This document shows, piece after piece, positions 36,765 to 47,368 of a stretch of 57,489 bases of DNA. This DNA comes from a virus (Duplodnaviria; Caudoviricetes), in IMG/VR virus record IMGVR_UViG_3300031839_001226, positions 1-57,489 of that record. One strand, 5' to 3'. Positions within the stretch are counted from its first letter, which is position 1; each line of letters starts with the position of its first letter. Both the position numbers and the translations under genes were made by a program. A model generated the notes under the pieces. That model did not search any database. It saw nothing but the letters and a program-made list of their open reading frames with translations, and had not been told where the DNA came from.

Positions 36765-38365
36765 TACGGTTCGCCGCGTTCCCCGCCCCTAACCGTGAGG
36801 AGAGAGAAGATGCAGATGCTGTACGACCCGGACGAGTATGAGAGCGTCCAAGACTATCGCCCATGCCCGCTTCACGAAAAGAACCCCGGCATGTGGCACG
36901 CCGGGTGCACTTGCTCGGTCGGGTACACAAGCCGCAAGCGGGCGCCGGAAGAGGTCGCGGCTATCAAGGAACGGAAGCGCATCGCGGAAGAAGACCGCAT
37001 CCTCGCTGAGGCGGACGCGATCCGTGCCCGCCGCGCTTCCTCCCCCACCACAGGAGCCTCATGATGGACTGGAACACCGACATGAACACGCCACGCGAGT
37101 TCCGCCCCTGCGTGATCGTGAATGAAGAATCGCGGATCACGGAAGCCGTCTTCGAGGACGTGCCCTACATTGCCGTTCCGGTCTTCGATGGCGTCCATCA
37201 CTACATGGACAAGCACATAGCGATGGATGACGGCCGACTGGTCGGCTTCGCTGTGTGGGCAACGCGTCCGCCTCTCCCCTCCCCTCCTACTGGAGAAGCG
37301 TCATGATGGACGCAAGCTATACAGACGGAATGGTCGAGTGCTCCTCCGTTTATGACTTCCAACGGGGACTGCGGATTTCACTCTTCGTCGTGATGCGCGA
37401 TGGAAATATCGACTATCGCGCTACTCTTTCAATGCTCAAATGGCGGGCACTCGTTCTCTGGCACGAAGCAGGGAAGCCCCTACCTTTTGTCGCTCACCTT
37501 GGATCGTTTGTTCGGATCGAAGCCACCAACACAGAGGAGCAGGATGCGTCATGACTGAGACACGCCCGAGAGTGGTTATCTACGTTGACCAGAATGGAAA
37601 CTGGTCCGTTCAGGCCGACCCCGGCGTGGATGTGTACTCTGTGGACGAGCTAGTCCCGCACGACCGCGTTTACCAGATGAACCCGGATCATATCGAGGAC
37701 GGCGTTCTTGATGGTGAGGTACACCATGAGAATGACGGAAGTGCGGCTGCGGCTCGGATTACCAGGGCCGTCCGTGAGGCGCACGGGATGCCAGCGTTCG
37801 AGGTGATCGAGAGGAAGCCGTCATGACTGAGACACCACTGGAACGGGCGAAGAAAATCGACGCCTTGGCAGACGCGCTGGAACGCATGTGGAGCGGCGGC
37901 GGCGGGGAGTATGGCGTCTACACCGTTGCAAACCAGCGTGAGAAGGTGCGGGAACTGCTACACGAATTGCTCAGAGAGCCAAATGCTTCCTGACCGCCGC
38001 CCCGAAGTCTATGCCGTCCCTGCTATTGCGGGGGTTATTCTGGTGGTATGGATGGTGTCTGAGGTTGGGAGTTATGTTGTGGGGCTTTGGAATTGGATAG
38101 GAGGGTGAGATGACGATAAGCGAACGATTGCGAGCGACGAGCGGCAAGGGGCAACGGGCGGTAAGGTATGTGAACAATACAAACGACACGCCGCCGCAAA
38201 CACCGGCGGAAATGGAGCGCATTATCATTCGCCAACGCGCTACAATAGACGCATTGATTGCCGCTGGTCGGGGCCTGTCAAATACAGCTTTCAATCTCGC
38301 GCAGGACGACCACCCTGCCCGAGTTGCACTAGAGAGCGGATATAAGGCTTGGGATGCCGCCTTGT

Positions 38366-38698
38366 CTAAAGCCCCCCGATAGCCTTCCGTCCCTTCTCGG
38401 ATGCAGTGTGGATTTCCGTCTCTGACATGCCAAGACGGCGGCCGACGATCTTCTCTTTCGGGAACTGCTGGACCACGATCTGGTCAAACCATGCGGGTTT
38501 GTCGGCTGGCATCTCATCGGAAATCGCAGCGACGATCTCCTTCAATGCGGTGACGAGCGCAACGTGACGAGGCCCCTTCTTCGCGTTCTCTTCCGCTTCC
38601 TGTGCGGCCCGCATCTCCGCGTCTGCCAGCTCTTTTCTGATCCGATCTACAGCCTCTGCGGCAGTCTCTACACGGTCCACTTTCCTACGCGGTGCCAT
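38366..38698 (-). CDS. Hypothetical protein
   Basis: AGGAG RBS, 110 aa. Confidence 0.55.
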   Translation of the reverse strand: MAPRRKVDRVETAAEAVDRIRKELADAEMRAAQEAEENAKKGPRHVALVTALKEIVAAISDEMPADKPAWFDQIVVQQFPKEKIVGRRLGMSETEIHTASEKGRKAIGGL

Positions 38699-38828
38699 TG
38701 GTATTCCATCCTCCTATATCGTAAAGGAGGGGAAAGAAGCACAGCGGATTGGCACTTGCAATCCTGTGAACATTGTTCTATGTTGTGTGTACGGCAATGA
38801 AGCCGACCTAACCGCAAGGGGAAATGCG

Positions 38829-39077
38829 ATGATGAACTACAGGATGGAATACCAAGCCCAGAACGGGGATGACGAAGTTGTCCATCTCGGCCAGCTTTCA
38901 GTAGCAGCCGCCAGAGCGCGCGCTCGTCGCCTCAGCGAGAAGCCCGGTCACTTTTTCACTTTCGGTAACGTCGTCTACCTCATGGGTGCGGACGCTGACG
39001 GAACGGACCAAGAATTGTACACCTACTTCGCCGGCACGATGACGGAGAAGGACTTGGTGAAGGATTGGGATAAGTGA
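38829..39077 (+). CDS. Small hypothetical protein (moron)
   Basis: Promoter TTGCAA-17-TATGTT (38756-38784) with palindrome GAACATTGTTC. Confidence 0.6.
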   Translation: MMNYRMEYQAQNGDDEVVHLGQLSVAAARARARRLSEKPGHFFTFGNVVYLMGADADGTDQELYTYFAGTMTEKDLVKDWDK

Positions 39078-39289
39078 CCCCATACGAATTCAAGAACGCC
39101 CGCCTGTCGCTGACAACCACCAGCGGCGGGCGGATGACCGAAGGCAAGATGGCGACCGTCCTTAACGTCAACAAGCGCACCCTGCAATATTGGGAATCCG
39201 ATGACGGAAAACGCCCGCCTCATCCTACCGCAGTCAGGGTGATGCAGTGGTTCCTTGCTGGGTATAGACCGCCTGAATGGCCTGTCTAA
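39074..39289 (+). CDS. Small XRE-HTH protein (moron)
   Basis: 'TPYEFKNARLSL...MATVLNVNKRTLQYWES...GYRPPEWP'. Confidence 0.75.
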   Translation: MTPYEFKNARLSLTTTSGGRMTEGKMATVLNVNKRTLQYWESDDGKRPPHPTAVRVMQWFLAGYRPPEWPV

Positions 39290-39357
39290 CTACTTGCTCA
39301 TCACCTTCGCCACTATCTTGTTCACTCCCCCCATAAGGGACCATGCACAGACAGCGG

Positions 39358-39642
39358 CTATCTCCGCCTTGGCGTGTCTTTCATGTGATCGATGGCTTCT
39401 GCAAGCTCTTCCAGCCGAGCGTTGATAGACGATGTGTTCCTGTCTGTGATGGCGTCGGCGATCCGTTTGACCTCGGTAATCAGGCGCTCCATCTGTTCCC
39501 GCTCGACAAATCCGCCCCCGATGCCATCGATGAGCGGGTTTCGGGAAGGGCTCTTGAGGGTGCGTAGGTAGTTCCCTATCGCCCCAAGAATGACAAGCAG
39601 GCCCACGCCTGCGGTTCCTAGAAGCTCAGGTGTCAATTCCAT
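39358..39642 (-). CDS. Small membrane-anchored protein (lysis region)
   Basis: N-terminal TM plus coiled coil. Confidence 0.55.
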   Translation of the reverse strand: MELTPELLGTAGVGLLVILGAIGNYLRTLKSPSRNPLIDGIGGGFVEREQMERLITEVKRIADAITDRNTSSINARLEELAEAIDHMKDTPRRR

Positions 39643-40096
39643 TGCGCGCCGTCCGTTGATGATGTGCGTCCGATCTGCCCGCTTCACCCATGGTGCGGAT
39701 GGCGTTGAATGCGTCCAGAAGGAAGAGAACGGGATAGACGGCAAGGCCCGTTCCCCATGTCCCGGCCTGTGCAAGGCCAACGGAAATCTCAAACCAGAAA
39801 AAGCACGAAAAGAATGCGAAGAGCGCCCGCATATGAGGCGACCGACGCCATGCGCCATTGATCGCGAGTACCACCAGCCGCGCACCGCCGGCTATCAGGC
39901 AGGCGAGCGCCCACCAGTTCTGCGGCATGACATCGGCGAGAGCGCGGTACGACACCCGATCATCGAACAACGTCTCGTTTGCCGACAACACCACAGACCA
40001 GAGGAAGAGCATCAACCCCAGCGCCCATTCGGAGGCTCGTGCCGGAAACGTCTCCCTAAGCGACAGCAACGTCATGTTAACCCCGAATATGTGCAT
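39626..40096 (-). CDS. Multi-pass membrane protein (possible holin/antiholin)
   Basis: About four TM segments; 'RASEW', 'NG.WRRSPH.R'. Confidence 0.6.
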   Translation of the reverse strand: MHIFGVNMTLLSLRETFPARASEWALGLMLFLWSVVLSANETLFDDRVSYRALADVMPQNWWALACLIAGGARLVVLAINGAWRRSPHMRALFAFFSCFFWFEISVGLAQAGTWGTGLAVYPVLFLLDAFNAIRTMGEAGRSDAHHQRTARNGIDT

Positions 40097-40358
40097 ATTT
40101 GGTCAGCCATCGTCTAACCTCTCATCAGGTCGGGCGGTTGGTCAGGGATTGGCGCAATGTTAGCCCCATGGCGTCGGTCCCGCTTGTTGTCTTTTTATGG
40201 GGATGTGGTAGGAAGGAAGGGCTGGCGGCGGCGCTGAAAACCGCAGAAGCACGATGGCGCGGCAAACGCCATTTGATGAGACAAGATGGCCCGCTCTTTG
40301 CCTTTTCGAGCGCAGTTGTCTGTCTCAAGCCTCAGTAGCGCGAGGCCCGCCAGCTACT

Positions 40359-40562
40359 TTACCAACACCCCTGCCCTGCCCCGAACCGATTGTGCGCCGC
40401 TACCTGATTGGAGAACGGGCGATCATTCTTCAGGATGAAAACCGACGTTTCAAGGCTCGGACGAAGCGCCTGAAAGCCGTCGCACACATTCTGCTTCGTC
40501 GTCGTCTGGCAGCCGGAAATCAGCGCACAAAGCAATGGCATCAGCAACAGACACTTCATCAT
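40359..40562 (-). CDS. o-spanin (Rz1-like lipoprotein)
   Basis: Lipobox 'ISGC', overlapping the i-spanin 3' end. Confidence 0.75.
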   Translation of the reverse strand: MMKCLLLMPLLCALISGCQTTTKQNVCDGFQALRPSLETSVFILKNDRPFSNQVAAHNRFGAGQGCW

Positions 40563-40737
40563 CTATGGTTTCCCTTTCCCGGAGGATTTCGACAGAGCGT
40601 TCAAGCGCCTCTACAGCCGCCGCCTGTCGCCCTTCATGCTTTCCATACAGATAGACGCCGGGAGATATGAGAAGCGCACCAGCGGCTACGCCTGCTCCGA
40701 TCTTGAGCCAGTCAGGGATGAGGAAGCCGAACATCAC
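40450..40737 (-). CDS. i-spanin (Rz-like)
   Basis: N-terminal TM plus helical periplasmic domain. Confidence 0.7.
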   Translation of the reverse strand: MMFGFLIPDWLKIGAGVAAGALLISPGVYLYGKHEGRQAAAVEALERSVEILRERETIDDEVSVADAIALCADFRLPDDDEAECVRRLSGASSEP

Positions 40738-40949
40738 ATATCCTCCGCCCGGCGACGGCGCAGGTACTCGCTGAATACGCCATTCGCCAGCACGAGAAGC
40801 GGGAACAAATCGGTCGGCATGATAGGCTCCAGAACGGACGGATCAACATAGGTCACGACGGCGGCGATGATGCCGATTGCCGTCTGAAGGCGAGCCCAGA
40901 AGATCGTCTCGCTTTCCTTAAAAAATCTCTTCGTTCTTTCCCAGAACAT
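40734..40949 (-). CDS. Putative holin
   Basis: 71 aa, two TM segments, basic C-terminus, in the lysis cassette. Confidence 0.55.
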   Translation of the reverse strand: MFWERTKRFFKESETIFWARLQTAIGIIAAVVTYVDPSVLEPIMPTDLFPLLVLANGVFSEYLRRRRAEDM

Positions 40950-41046
40950 TGTCTCGTTCCCTTGTGGATGGTACAAATAGCGAACGCGCCGCAGGGCTGG
41001 CACCCGGCGACGCGCTCTAACCAGCCCAACCTGTCAGGAGGTCAAG

Positions 41047-41628
41047 ATGGCTGCTTCTCGTTTATGCTCGATTCCGAACTGCAACAAGGCGGCGTTTTGC
41101 CGGGGTTGGTGTTCGGCGCATCACTGGAGATTTCGCAAATTCGGCGACCCGCTCGCTGGACCGCCTCTACGCAATCGTTGGGGTTCGCCCGTTTGCATTG
41201 TCGATGGCTGCAACTCGCCTCGGAAGAGAGGAAGTGGCATGTGTACCGCGCACACTTTGCGGAAGTGGCGGCATGGTGATCCGCTTTCTGGAAGAACGCC
41301 AGTAGGAGAGCCCGCCAAGTTCATCAAAAAGGTGCTAGCCACCCCTACGAAAGAGTGCGTTTCATGGCCGTATTCTCGGGGCGTAGACGGCCGGCCACTA
41401 ATCAATAATAATTCGATCAGCGACAGCACCAAGATCGTCTCCCGGATCATTTGCATCGCGGCCCACGGAGAGCCGCCATCCCCTGCCTATGAGGCGGCGC
41501 ACTCATGCGGGAACGGACACCTCGGGTGCGTGAACCCTCTACATTTGCGATGGAGGACGCATCGGCAAAACATGCAAGAGACTTTGATCCACCGAGAAGA
41601 AGGTAAAGGGCGATGGGCCGCGCAGTGA
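41047..41628 (+). CDS. HNH homing-type endonuclease
   Basis: Two 'C...C...G.C..H..R....GDPL' repeats plus 'AAHSCGNGHLGCVNP.HLRW.T...N'. Confidence 0.85.
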   Translation: MAASRLCSIPNCNKAAFCRGWCSAHHWRFRKFGDPLAGPPLRNRWGSPVCIVDGCNSPRKRGSGMCTAHTLRKWRHGDPLSGRTPVGEPAKFIKKVLATPTKECVSWPYSRGVDGRPLINNNSISDSTKIVSRIICIAAHGEPPSPAYEAAHSCGNGHLGCVNPLHLRWRTHRQNMQETLIHREEGKGRWAAQ

Positions 41629-41968
41629 TGCTTAGCCCACATTGGCTGTTTTCCTTTCCGGTTATGTGGTAGGGTTTGCGCCTTCAGATGAGAGGCGAGA
41701 GATGAAGCAGTCGCGCTGGCGTGAGCCAATCCTATCGAAAGTGACCGCAATCCCGGTGGCCGTGGATTTGAATGACATGCGCCCGCAAAAAGCATGGCGG
41801 GAACATGAAGTGGACGTTGTTCTTCAAGGCCATTACGACGGCCATTGGTTCTACCCAACCCACCGAGTCGGGCGTCATTTCATAGATGGCGTTCTGACCG
41901 ACACGCAGAATATGCCGCTCGAAAAAGGCGACGTTCCGATGAAGATTGACGAGGCTGACTTCGAGCCT

Positions 41969-42796
41969 CTACCCGCACCACACGTTGAACAGGCTACACG
42001 GCAGCGACGCCATCCACGCCCATCCCGCAGCAAGAGCAACCACAACAGCAGCGATAATGCCTGTCTTGCCCTTTGGCTTTGGTACTGGTGAGGGTTTTGG
42101 GCTCGGGACGGGGATTGGAGCGGGATCAGGCTGGCGTGGCTGTACGGGCTTTTCTGTGCCAAACCCGGCTTCCGTTAGCGCCTTGAAGAATGCGCGGTGT
42201 GACTTTGCCACTTCCGCGTCACTACCGTCCTTCCCGTTGACGATCCGGCGGGGGTTGGTATCCGGCGGGTTGTCGAGATCGCGTGGGAACACGTAGCCGG
42301 ACAGTTTGCGGTTTCGGAACATCCCCTCCACCATGCCGACGATGGCGATGTCCGCCCCATGCTTCAGGTCGAGCGCGAGAGACGGATTCTTCCTAAGTGG
42401 GATGCCGAGGCGCCGCCCGAACTTGTCGTAGTTCTCCCAATGCGTAAGTTGGATTGGCCCACGCCCGAATGCGCCATCCCGCCAGTACGGCGTTTTGACC
42501 TTGCCGAGCACGCCCTTCTTCCATGCGTTGTCGAGACGGGCAATTACCGTGGCGTCGGACGGGTTCTTGTCCTTGTGGTAGGGCATCACAGTTTCTTTGA
42601 TGCCTCGCATATAGCCGCCGGTCTCTCTGTAGACCTGTGCCATGATGTTCGCGGCATGGTGAGGGTTGCGGACATCGTGGCGTTCAAAGCCGTCTAGGAG
42701 CGCATCTGTGCCCTGCACCTGAGCGGCAGACAGCGAAGTGCCGAAGAGGCCCGATTCGCGACGGCGCAAAGCATCGAAAAACCGCTTCCGGTCCAT
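41969..42796 (-). CDS. Endolysin, GH19 chitinase/lysozyme-like, with C-terminal hydrophobic tail
   Basis: 'YRETGG', 'GRGPIQLTHWENY', 'RRIVNG'. Confidence 0.85.
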   Translation of the reverse strand: MDRKRFFDALRRRESGLFGTSLSAAQVQGTDALLDGFERHDVRNPHHAANIMAQVYRETGGYMRGIKETVMPYHKDKNPSDATVIARLDNAWKKGVLGKVKTPYWRDGAFGRGPIQLTHWENYDKFGRRLGIPLRKNPSLALDLKHGADIAIVGMVEGMFRNRKLSGYVFPRDLDNPPDTNPRRIVNGKDGSDAEVAKSHRAFFKALTEAGFGTEKPVQPRQPDPAPIPVPSPKPSPVPKPKGKTGIIAAVVVALAAGWAWMASLPCSLFNVWCG

Positions 42797-42894
42797 CGGT
42801 ATTCTCCTGTTCATGTGAGAGCCGCGCTCGGAAGGCGGCTTGAGGTTTTCGGGTGGGTGTGCTTAGGGGTGGGCCGCCAACTGGAAAGCGGCTA

Positions 42895-44805
42895 ATGAAG
42901 TATCTTGCCTACGTGGACGGGCTACGCGCCATCTCCATTCTTTCTGTGGTACTGTACCACATCGGCGGAATTCCGGGATTTTCTGGCGGTTTCGTAGGCG
43001 TAGATGTATTCTTCGTAATTTCCGGCTATCTCATCATCGGCCAGATTGCGAATGACCTGACAAAAGACCGCTTTTCATTCTCGGAATTCTGGTCGCGCCG
43101 CGCCCTACGCATCCTGCCACCATACCTACTCGTCATCATTGCTTCCATGATCGCGGCGCAATACGTGCTCGTCACGGAAAAGGAGTTCACCGAATTTGGG
43201 GATCAGGCGCTCTATTCGGCCCTAATGGTCGTGAACCACTATTTTCTGGAACAGCAAGGATATTGGGATACCGGCGCCGAACTGAAGCCCCTGCTCCACC
43301 TGTGGTCTCTCGCTGTGGAGGAGCAATTTTACGTTGTCGCGCCGATCCTGCTTTTCCTCGGCTGGAGATTTCGGCGGTATGCGCTCCCCCTGGTTGCGAT
43401 CCTTTTCATCGCATCGCTTGCCGGAAGCGTCATGTACACAAACGTGGATGACAAGAACTATGCCTTCTACCTCATGCCGTTGCGTGCATGGGAGTTCATT
43501 GCTGGCGGAGCGGCCTTGCTCATTACGCGCGGCAATATGATGCCGAAGTTTATGCGAGACCCGCTCGGGGTTGTTGGTCTGGTTGCAATCCTGTTAGCGG
43601 TTTCCACATTCTCCGAAGACACCGCGTTCCCATCCTACAGCGCCATGTTGCCGGTATTCGGTGCCGTCGCGATTATTGCGTCCGGCTCGGATTCGCTTGT
43701 CGGGCGGCTGCTCTCGACACGCCCGATGGTCGGCATAGGGCTCGTCTCCTATTCATGGTACCTCTGGCACTGGCCGCTATTGTCGTTCGGCCGCATTTAC
43801 AATTTCGAGGAACAGATATTTGCCTTCGATCTCGCGATGGGCATCGCCGCCCTCGTTCTTGCTATTGGAACGTTCTTCCTTGTCGAACGGCCGATCAGGG
43901 ATTGGCGTCGTCGGCAAGGCGCGCTTGGCTGGCGTCCTGCCTATGTAGGTGGTGCAGTGGCCGCACTGATAGCCGTGGCAGGCGCTACTGTAGGATACGG
44001 CGCCCTGCCCAACGCCGCGATAGCAGCAGCTCAGGAGAGGCCCAAGCCGGCGACTGTCGAAAGACCCGTAACGAGAGGGTACATATTCGGCGATTCACAC
44101 GCCAGAACCGCATACGCCGGCTTGAGCCAGTACCTTGCCGAGCGCAAATCCAAGCTCATAGTTGCGACAGGGAGCGGATGCCCGCCTTTCACATGGGTTG
44201 TGATCCGAACGCCGACTGGCGGCTCATTCAAGAAATGCACGAACATAGTATCGAAGAAGCTCGGCGACGCAAAGGCAGACTACGCCATCCTTCACGCCAG
44301 ATGGAACATCTATGGCCCGCAACCCGAGATCATGCTTGGCGGGAAAACGATGCAGCGGCTGTTGGACCGGGAGGGAGTAGACCCGGCCGACCAAGACGCC
44401 TCATTCGTATCGAGCCTCAAGACCACGATAAGATGGCTGCGCAAGAAGGGCGTCAAGCGCATTCTCATCATCGGCCCCACCCCGGAATTTGTCCGCCGCA
44501 TTCCCGAATGCATTGCCAGAGCCGACCAGTACGGCAAGGACCGGGATGCTTACTGTTCCGTCCCCCGCGCTACGAATGATAGCAGGCGCGCGAAGATCGT
44601 TGGCCTATTGAAACAGGGAGCGGACGGCATGGAAGGCGTGCGCGTCGTGGACCCGATCAACATGTTCTGCGGCGATGATATCTGCCGCCCATACCATGGC
44701 GACGATCTCCTTTTCCGGGACGCAAACCACCTCTCGGAATCTGAAGGTGTTCCCCTTATGGTCGCAAGCATGAAGGACGATCTGGACTGGCTGGTTGGTC
44801 GATAG
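42895..44805 (+). CDS. Acyltransferase-3 plus SGNH protein (OafA-like surface polysaccharide O-acetyltransferase)
   Basis: 'DGLRA', 'GGFVGVDVFFVISGY', 'HLWSLAVEEQFY', 'SYSWYLWHWP', 'GDSHA', 'DANHLS'. Confidence 0.93.
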   Translation: MKYLAYVDGLRAISILSVVLYHIGGIPGFSGGFVGVDVFFVISGYLIIGQIANDLTKDRFSFSEFWSRRALRILPPYLLVIIASMIAAQYVLVTEKEFTEFGDQALYSALMVVNHYFLEQQGYWDTGAELKPLLHLWSLAVEEQFYVVAPILLFLGWRFRRYALPLVAILFIASLAGSVMYTNVDDKNYAFYLMPLRAWEFIAGGAALLITRGNMMPKFMRDPLGVVGLVAILLAVSTFSEDTAFPSYSAMLPVFGAVAIIASGSDSLVGRLLSTRPMVGIGLVSYSWYLWHWPLLSFGRIYNFEEQIFAFDLAMGIAALVLAIGTFFLVERPIRDWRRRQGALGWRPAYVGGAVAALIAVAGATVGYGALPNAAIAAAQERPKPATVERPVTRGYIFGDSHARTAYAGLSQYLAERKSKLIVATGSGCPPFTWVVIRTPTGGSFKKCTNIVSKKLGDAKADYAILHARWNIYGPQPEIMLGGKTMQRLLDREGVDPADQDASFVSSLKTTIRWLRKKGVKRILIIGPTPEFVRRIPECIARADQYGKDRDAYCSVPRATNDSRRAKIVGLLKQGADGMEGVRVVDPINMFCGDDICRPYHGDDLLFRDANHLSESEGVPLMVASMKDDLDWLVGR

Positions 44806-44810
44806 TACGC

Positions 44811-46838
44811 CTATGCAGGCGTCACCGATACCGAACCGTCAAAAGCATCCCACGGGTCTGTTGCGTTCGCCCCACGGGCTCGCATCATGCGGTTGTTCGT
44901 GGTATCCCAATAGGTGATACCTGCGGTCTTCCCGGTTGTGTTGACGGCGTTGGCCGCACTGGCAATTGCCGCTGCCGTGGTCTCTGCCTTGAATGCCGCC
45001 GGGAGAAGAATGTCGGTTCGTTCTGGCCTGAAACGAATAGGCGTCGCGGCATTGACAATGACATCCCACATGAAGGAAGACCCGGAAGACCCGGAGGCCC
45101 GGAGCTTGATGCCGCCGACTTCACCTGGAGTGCCGGACGTATCCGCCGCTGATACCCGCATACCACCCGCGAAGACATCGGAGCCTGTCCATGAAGCGTC
45201 GTCAGCGGTCGCGATGATATCGATGTAGGCATTTCGGGCTTTGCTGATCGCGAGATTGTCTCGGATGAAGCTACGCGCCTTGAGGACGTTGAGGATGCTG
45301 GTTTCGCTGTAGTCCTGTGCGTTGCTGTCCAGAGAGATATCCGTGACACTGTTGAGGACCACGCGGCCAAGAGAGAGGTCGAACCCATAGACAAGGCTGT
45401 TCTTGACGGTGCAGCCTTGGAAAGAATTTCGTTGCCCGTAAACGCTGATACCAACCTCGCAGCCGTCTGCCGTTAGGTTGGAGAGCTTGAGATCGCGTGT
45501 ATTGGCCGTAGTTCCGATGCCAACCGCATCATCTCCAGCGCCAGTGCAGGCAACGGCTGTAATGTTGCTGAAGTTGCCCGAGGTTGGGACGCCGTCGGCG
45601 GTATCATATGCACGGAAACCGTGGAAGCACCCATAGACGTAGATATTTGATGCGGTGCACCCCTTGTCGTTGACGACAACGCCCTGAATACGCTTGACCG
45701 AATTCGTCCCTTCGGCTGGGTCTTTGCTGGAGTAGACACGGATGTTGTGTGCCTGAGACCCTTCCGAACCGTTACGACCCAATGAGGTCGATTTGGCACG
45801 GAAACGAACCCCCGCATTGCCGATCTGAGCATCGTAGGAGTCGAGATTGTAGATCGTGACGCCATCCACAATCATGCCCTGGCACATATCGATGACGGCT
45901 TGGTTTTCCGACCCTTGACCGGCGTCGTACTTGCCAACGTAGTTGTGGCCGCAGCCGTCGAGCGCAATTACATCGCGGATTATGATGTTGCGTTTGTAAG
46001 CCGCACCGGATGTGAAAGATTTGCCGTCTATGCAGTCACCGCCGATATTCGAGAAAACAGGCCGCTGAATGAATGCATTATCAATCGATACGTCTTGGAG
46101 GCCAATGCCGTAATGGCCTGTATTTTTTACGCGAGGGTATATGATGCTCAGGTTGCTTAAAGTGCCGCCACCTTCACAAATAATACCCTCTCCGCGGACG
46201 GAGCCTGAACTTGCATTGGTCGTCCCCTCTGGGATCGGATCATAATTATCAACGTCGCCGTCTACTATGAAGCATTTTACATCGACGGTTCCGCTTCGGA
46301 GACGAAGCACGCAACGCCAGTTGTCAGCGCCGTTCTTTAGGTGAAAGCCACTGGCGACTAGCCCATCACGGGCAATAATGCCGCCATGCGCCCACTCGCC
46401 GGAAGACCATGATGTGCGGTTTCCTTTGTAGCCGTCGATGATGTAGATATTATCAAGGCTTTCAACTACGGGAATTTTGTTGGCCGCTGCATAGTCGAAA
46501 CACTTCTGGACTGCCTTCGTATCCACGGCCATATTCGCAACGTCGCCGTCGCCCACGCCGCCCCACTGCTTGACGTTGCACACGCCACCGGGGAACAGCC
46601 ACTGGACCTGGAGTCCATTGTCCAAATCGGTGAACGAGCCGCCATCATCCGTGCCCGCACCACCTGCCACGACAACGCCGGTATTCGCCCCGCCATCCCC
46701 ATAGGCATAGTAGCCGTAGGTCTGGACGTACTGGCCTAGACGAAGGCTGCCATCCGAGACGACAGCGGCTAGAGTTGCGCGGAACTTTGGCGGCGTGCCA
46801 AGTATGTTTGATAGAGGGTAAACGTGACTGGTCATCAC
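44811..46838 (-). CDS. Tailspike / beta-helix depolymerase
   Basis: 'GYYAYGDGG', 'NVKQWGGVGDG..DTKAVQ', right-handed beta-helix-like repeats. Confidence 0.8.
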   Translation of the reverse strand: MMTSHVYPLSNILGTPPKFRATLAAVVSDGSLRLGQYVQTYGYYAYGDGGANTGVVVAGGAGTDDGGSFTDLDNGLQVQWLFPGGVCNVKQWGGVGDGDVANMAVDTKAVQKCFDYAAANKIPVVESLDNIYIIDGYKGNRTSWSSGEWAHGGIIARDGLVASGFHLKNGADNWRCVLRLRSGTVDVKCFIVDGDVDNYDPIPEGTTNASSGSVRGEGIICEGGGTLSNLSIIYPRVKNTGHYGIGLQDVSIDNAFIQRPVFSNIGGDCIDGKSFTSGAAYKRNIIIRDVIALDGCGHNYVGKYDAGQGSENQAVIDMCQGMIVDGVTIYNLDSYDAQIGNAGVRFRAKSTSLGRNGSEGSQAHNIRVYSSKDPAEGTNSVKRIQGVVVNDKGCTASNIYVYGCFHGFRAYDTADGVPTSGNFSNITAVACTGAGDDAVGIGTTANTRDLKLSNLTADGCEVGISVYGQRNSFQGCTVKNSLVYGFDLSLGRVVLNSVTDISLDSNAQDYSETSILNVLKARSFIRDNLAISKARNAYIDIIATADDASWTGSDVFAGGMRVSAADTSGTPGEVGGIKLRASGSSGSSFMWDVIVNAATPIRFRPERTDILLPAAFKAETTAAAIASAANAVNTTGKTAGITYWDTTNNRMMRARGANATDPWDAFDGSVSVTPA

Positions 46839-47125
46839 TCAACCCCCAGAAGAACAAAGCTGACAGAAGGAGACGAGCCGCCGGTTATAGTCCCGCGAAG
46901 ATAACAGGAACCAATCTCAAAAGACGGCAGGATACCCGGCGCTGTGAACGTCACATCGTCAATCGTATCTACCGCATTTTCGCCGTCGAGGGACAATTCC
47001 AGCCCCACTGTCGCGCCGCTCGGGTCACCCGAAACGACCGGCATTCGCTTGCCGCTGACAACCCGAACCCAAGGTCCGGTTTCGGATGCGCTGGTCAACA
47101 ACGTGACCGGAGCTATAGCGCCCAT
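46835..47125 (-). CDS. Small virion-associated hypothetical protein
   Basis: GAGG RBS, beta-rich, coupled to the tailspike. Confidence 0.55.
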   Translation of the reverse strand: MGAIAPVTLLTSASETGPWVRVVSGKRMPVVSGDPSGATVGLELSLDGENAVDTIDDVTFTAPGILPSFEIGSCYLRGTITGGSSPSVSFVLLGVE

Positions 47126-47139
47126 GATGATACCTCATG

Positions 47140-47162
47140 AAAAAGGCCGCTCGAAAGCGGCC
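47140..47162 (-). terminator. Rho-independent terminator
   Basis: GGCCGC-TTTCGA-GCGGCC-TTTTT on the minus strand. Confidence 0.7.
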
Positions 47163-47191
47163 GGCTTTGACGTTCGATTGTTTGGATTGGC

Positions 47192-47359
47192 TTAGGAAGC
47201 GGGGGGCTCTTCCGGCTTCGGTTCGGTCTTGAGCGGAACGTGTTCCTGAAGCTGCTGAAGCGCTGCAATGCCGGGAGCGACTTCGGAGTATGGCCGTCCA
47301 GCCATGTAGCCGATGATGGCCTTCAGAAGTTCCTCGGGGATGATGTACTGCTTTTCCAT
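47192..47359 (-). CDS. Small protein after the tail fibre (55 aa)
   Basis: Manual translation MEKQYIIPEELLKAIIGYMAGRPYSEVA...; AGGAG RBS. Confidence 0.6.
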   Translation of the reverse strand: MEKQYIIPEELLKAIIGYMAGRPYSEVAPGIAALQQLQEHVPLKTEPKPEEPPAS

Positions 47360-47368
47360 GTGCTCTCC

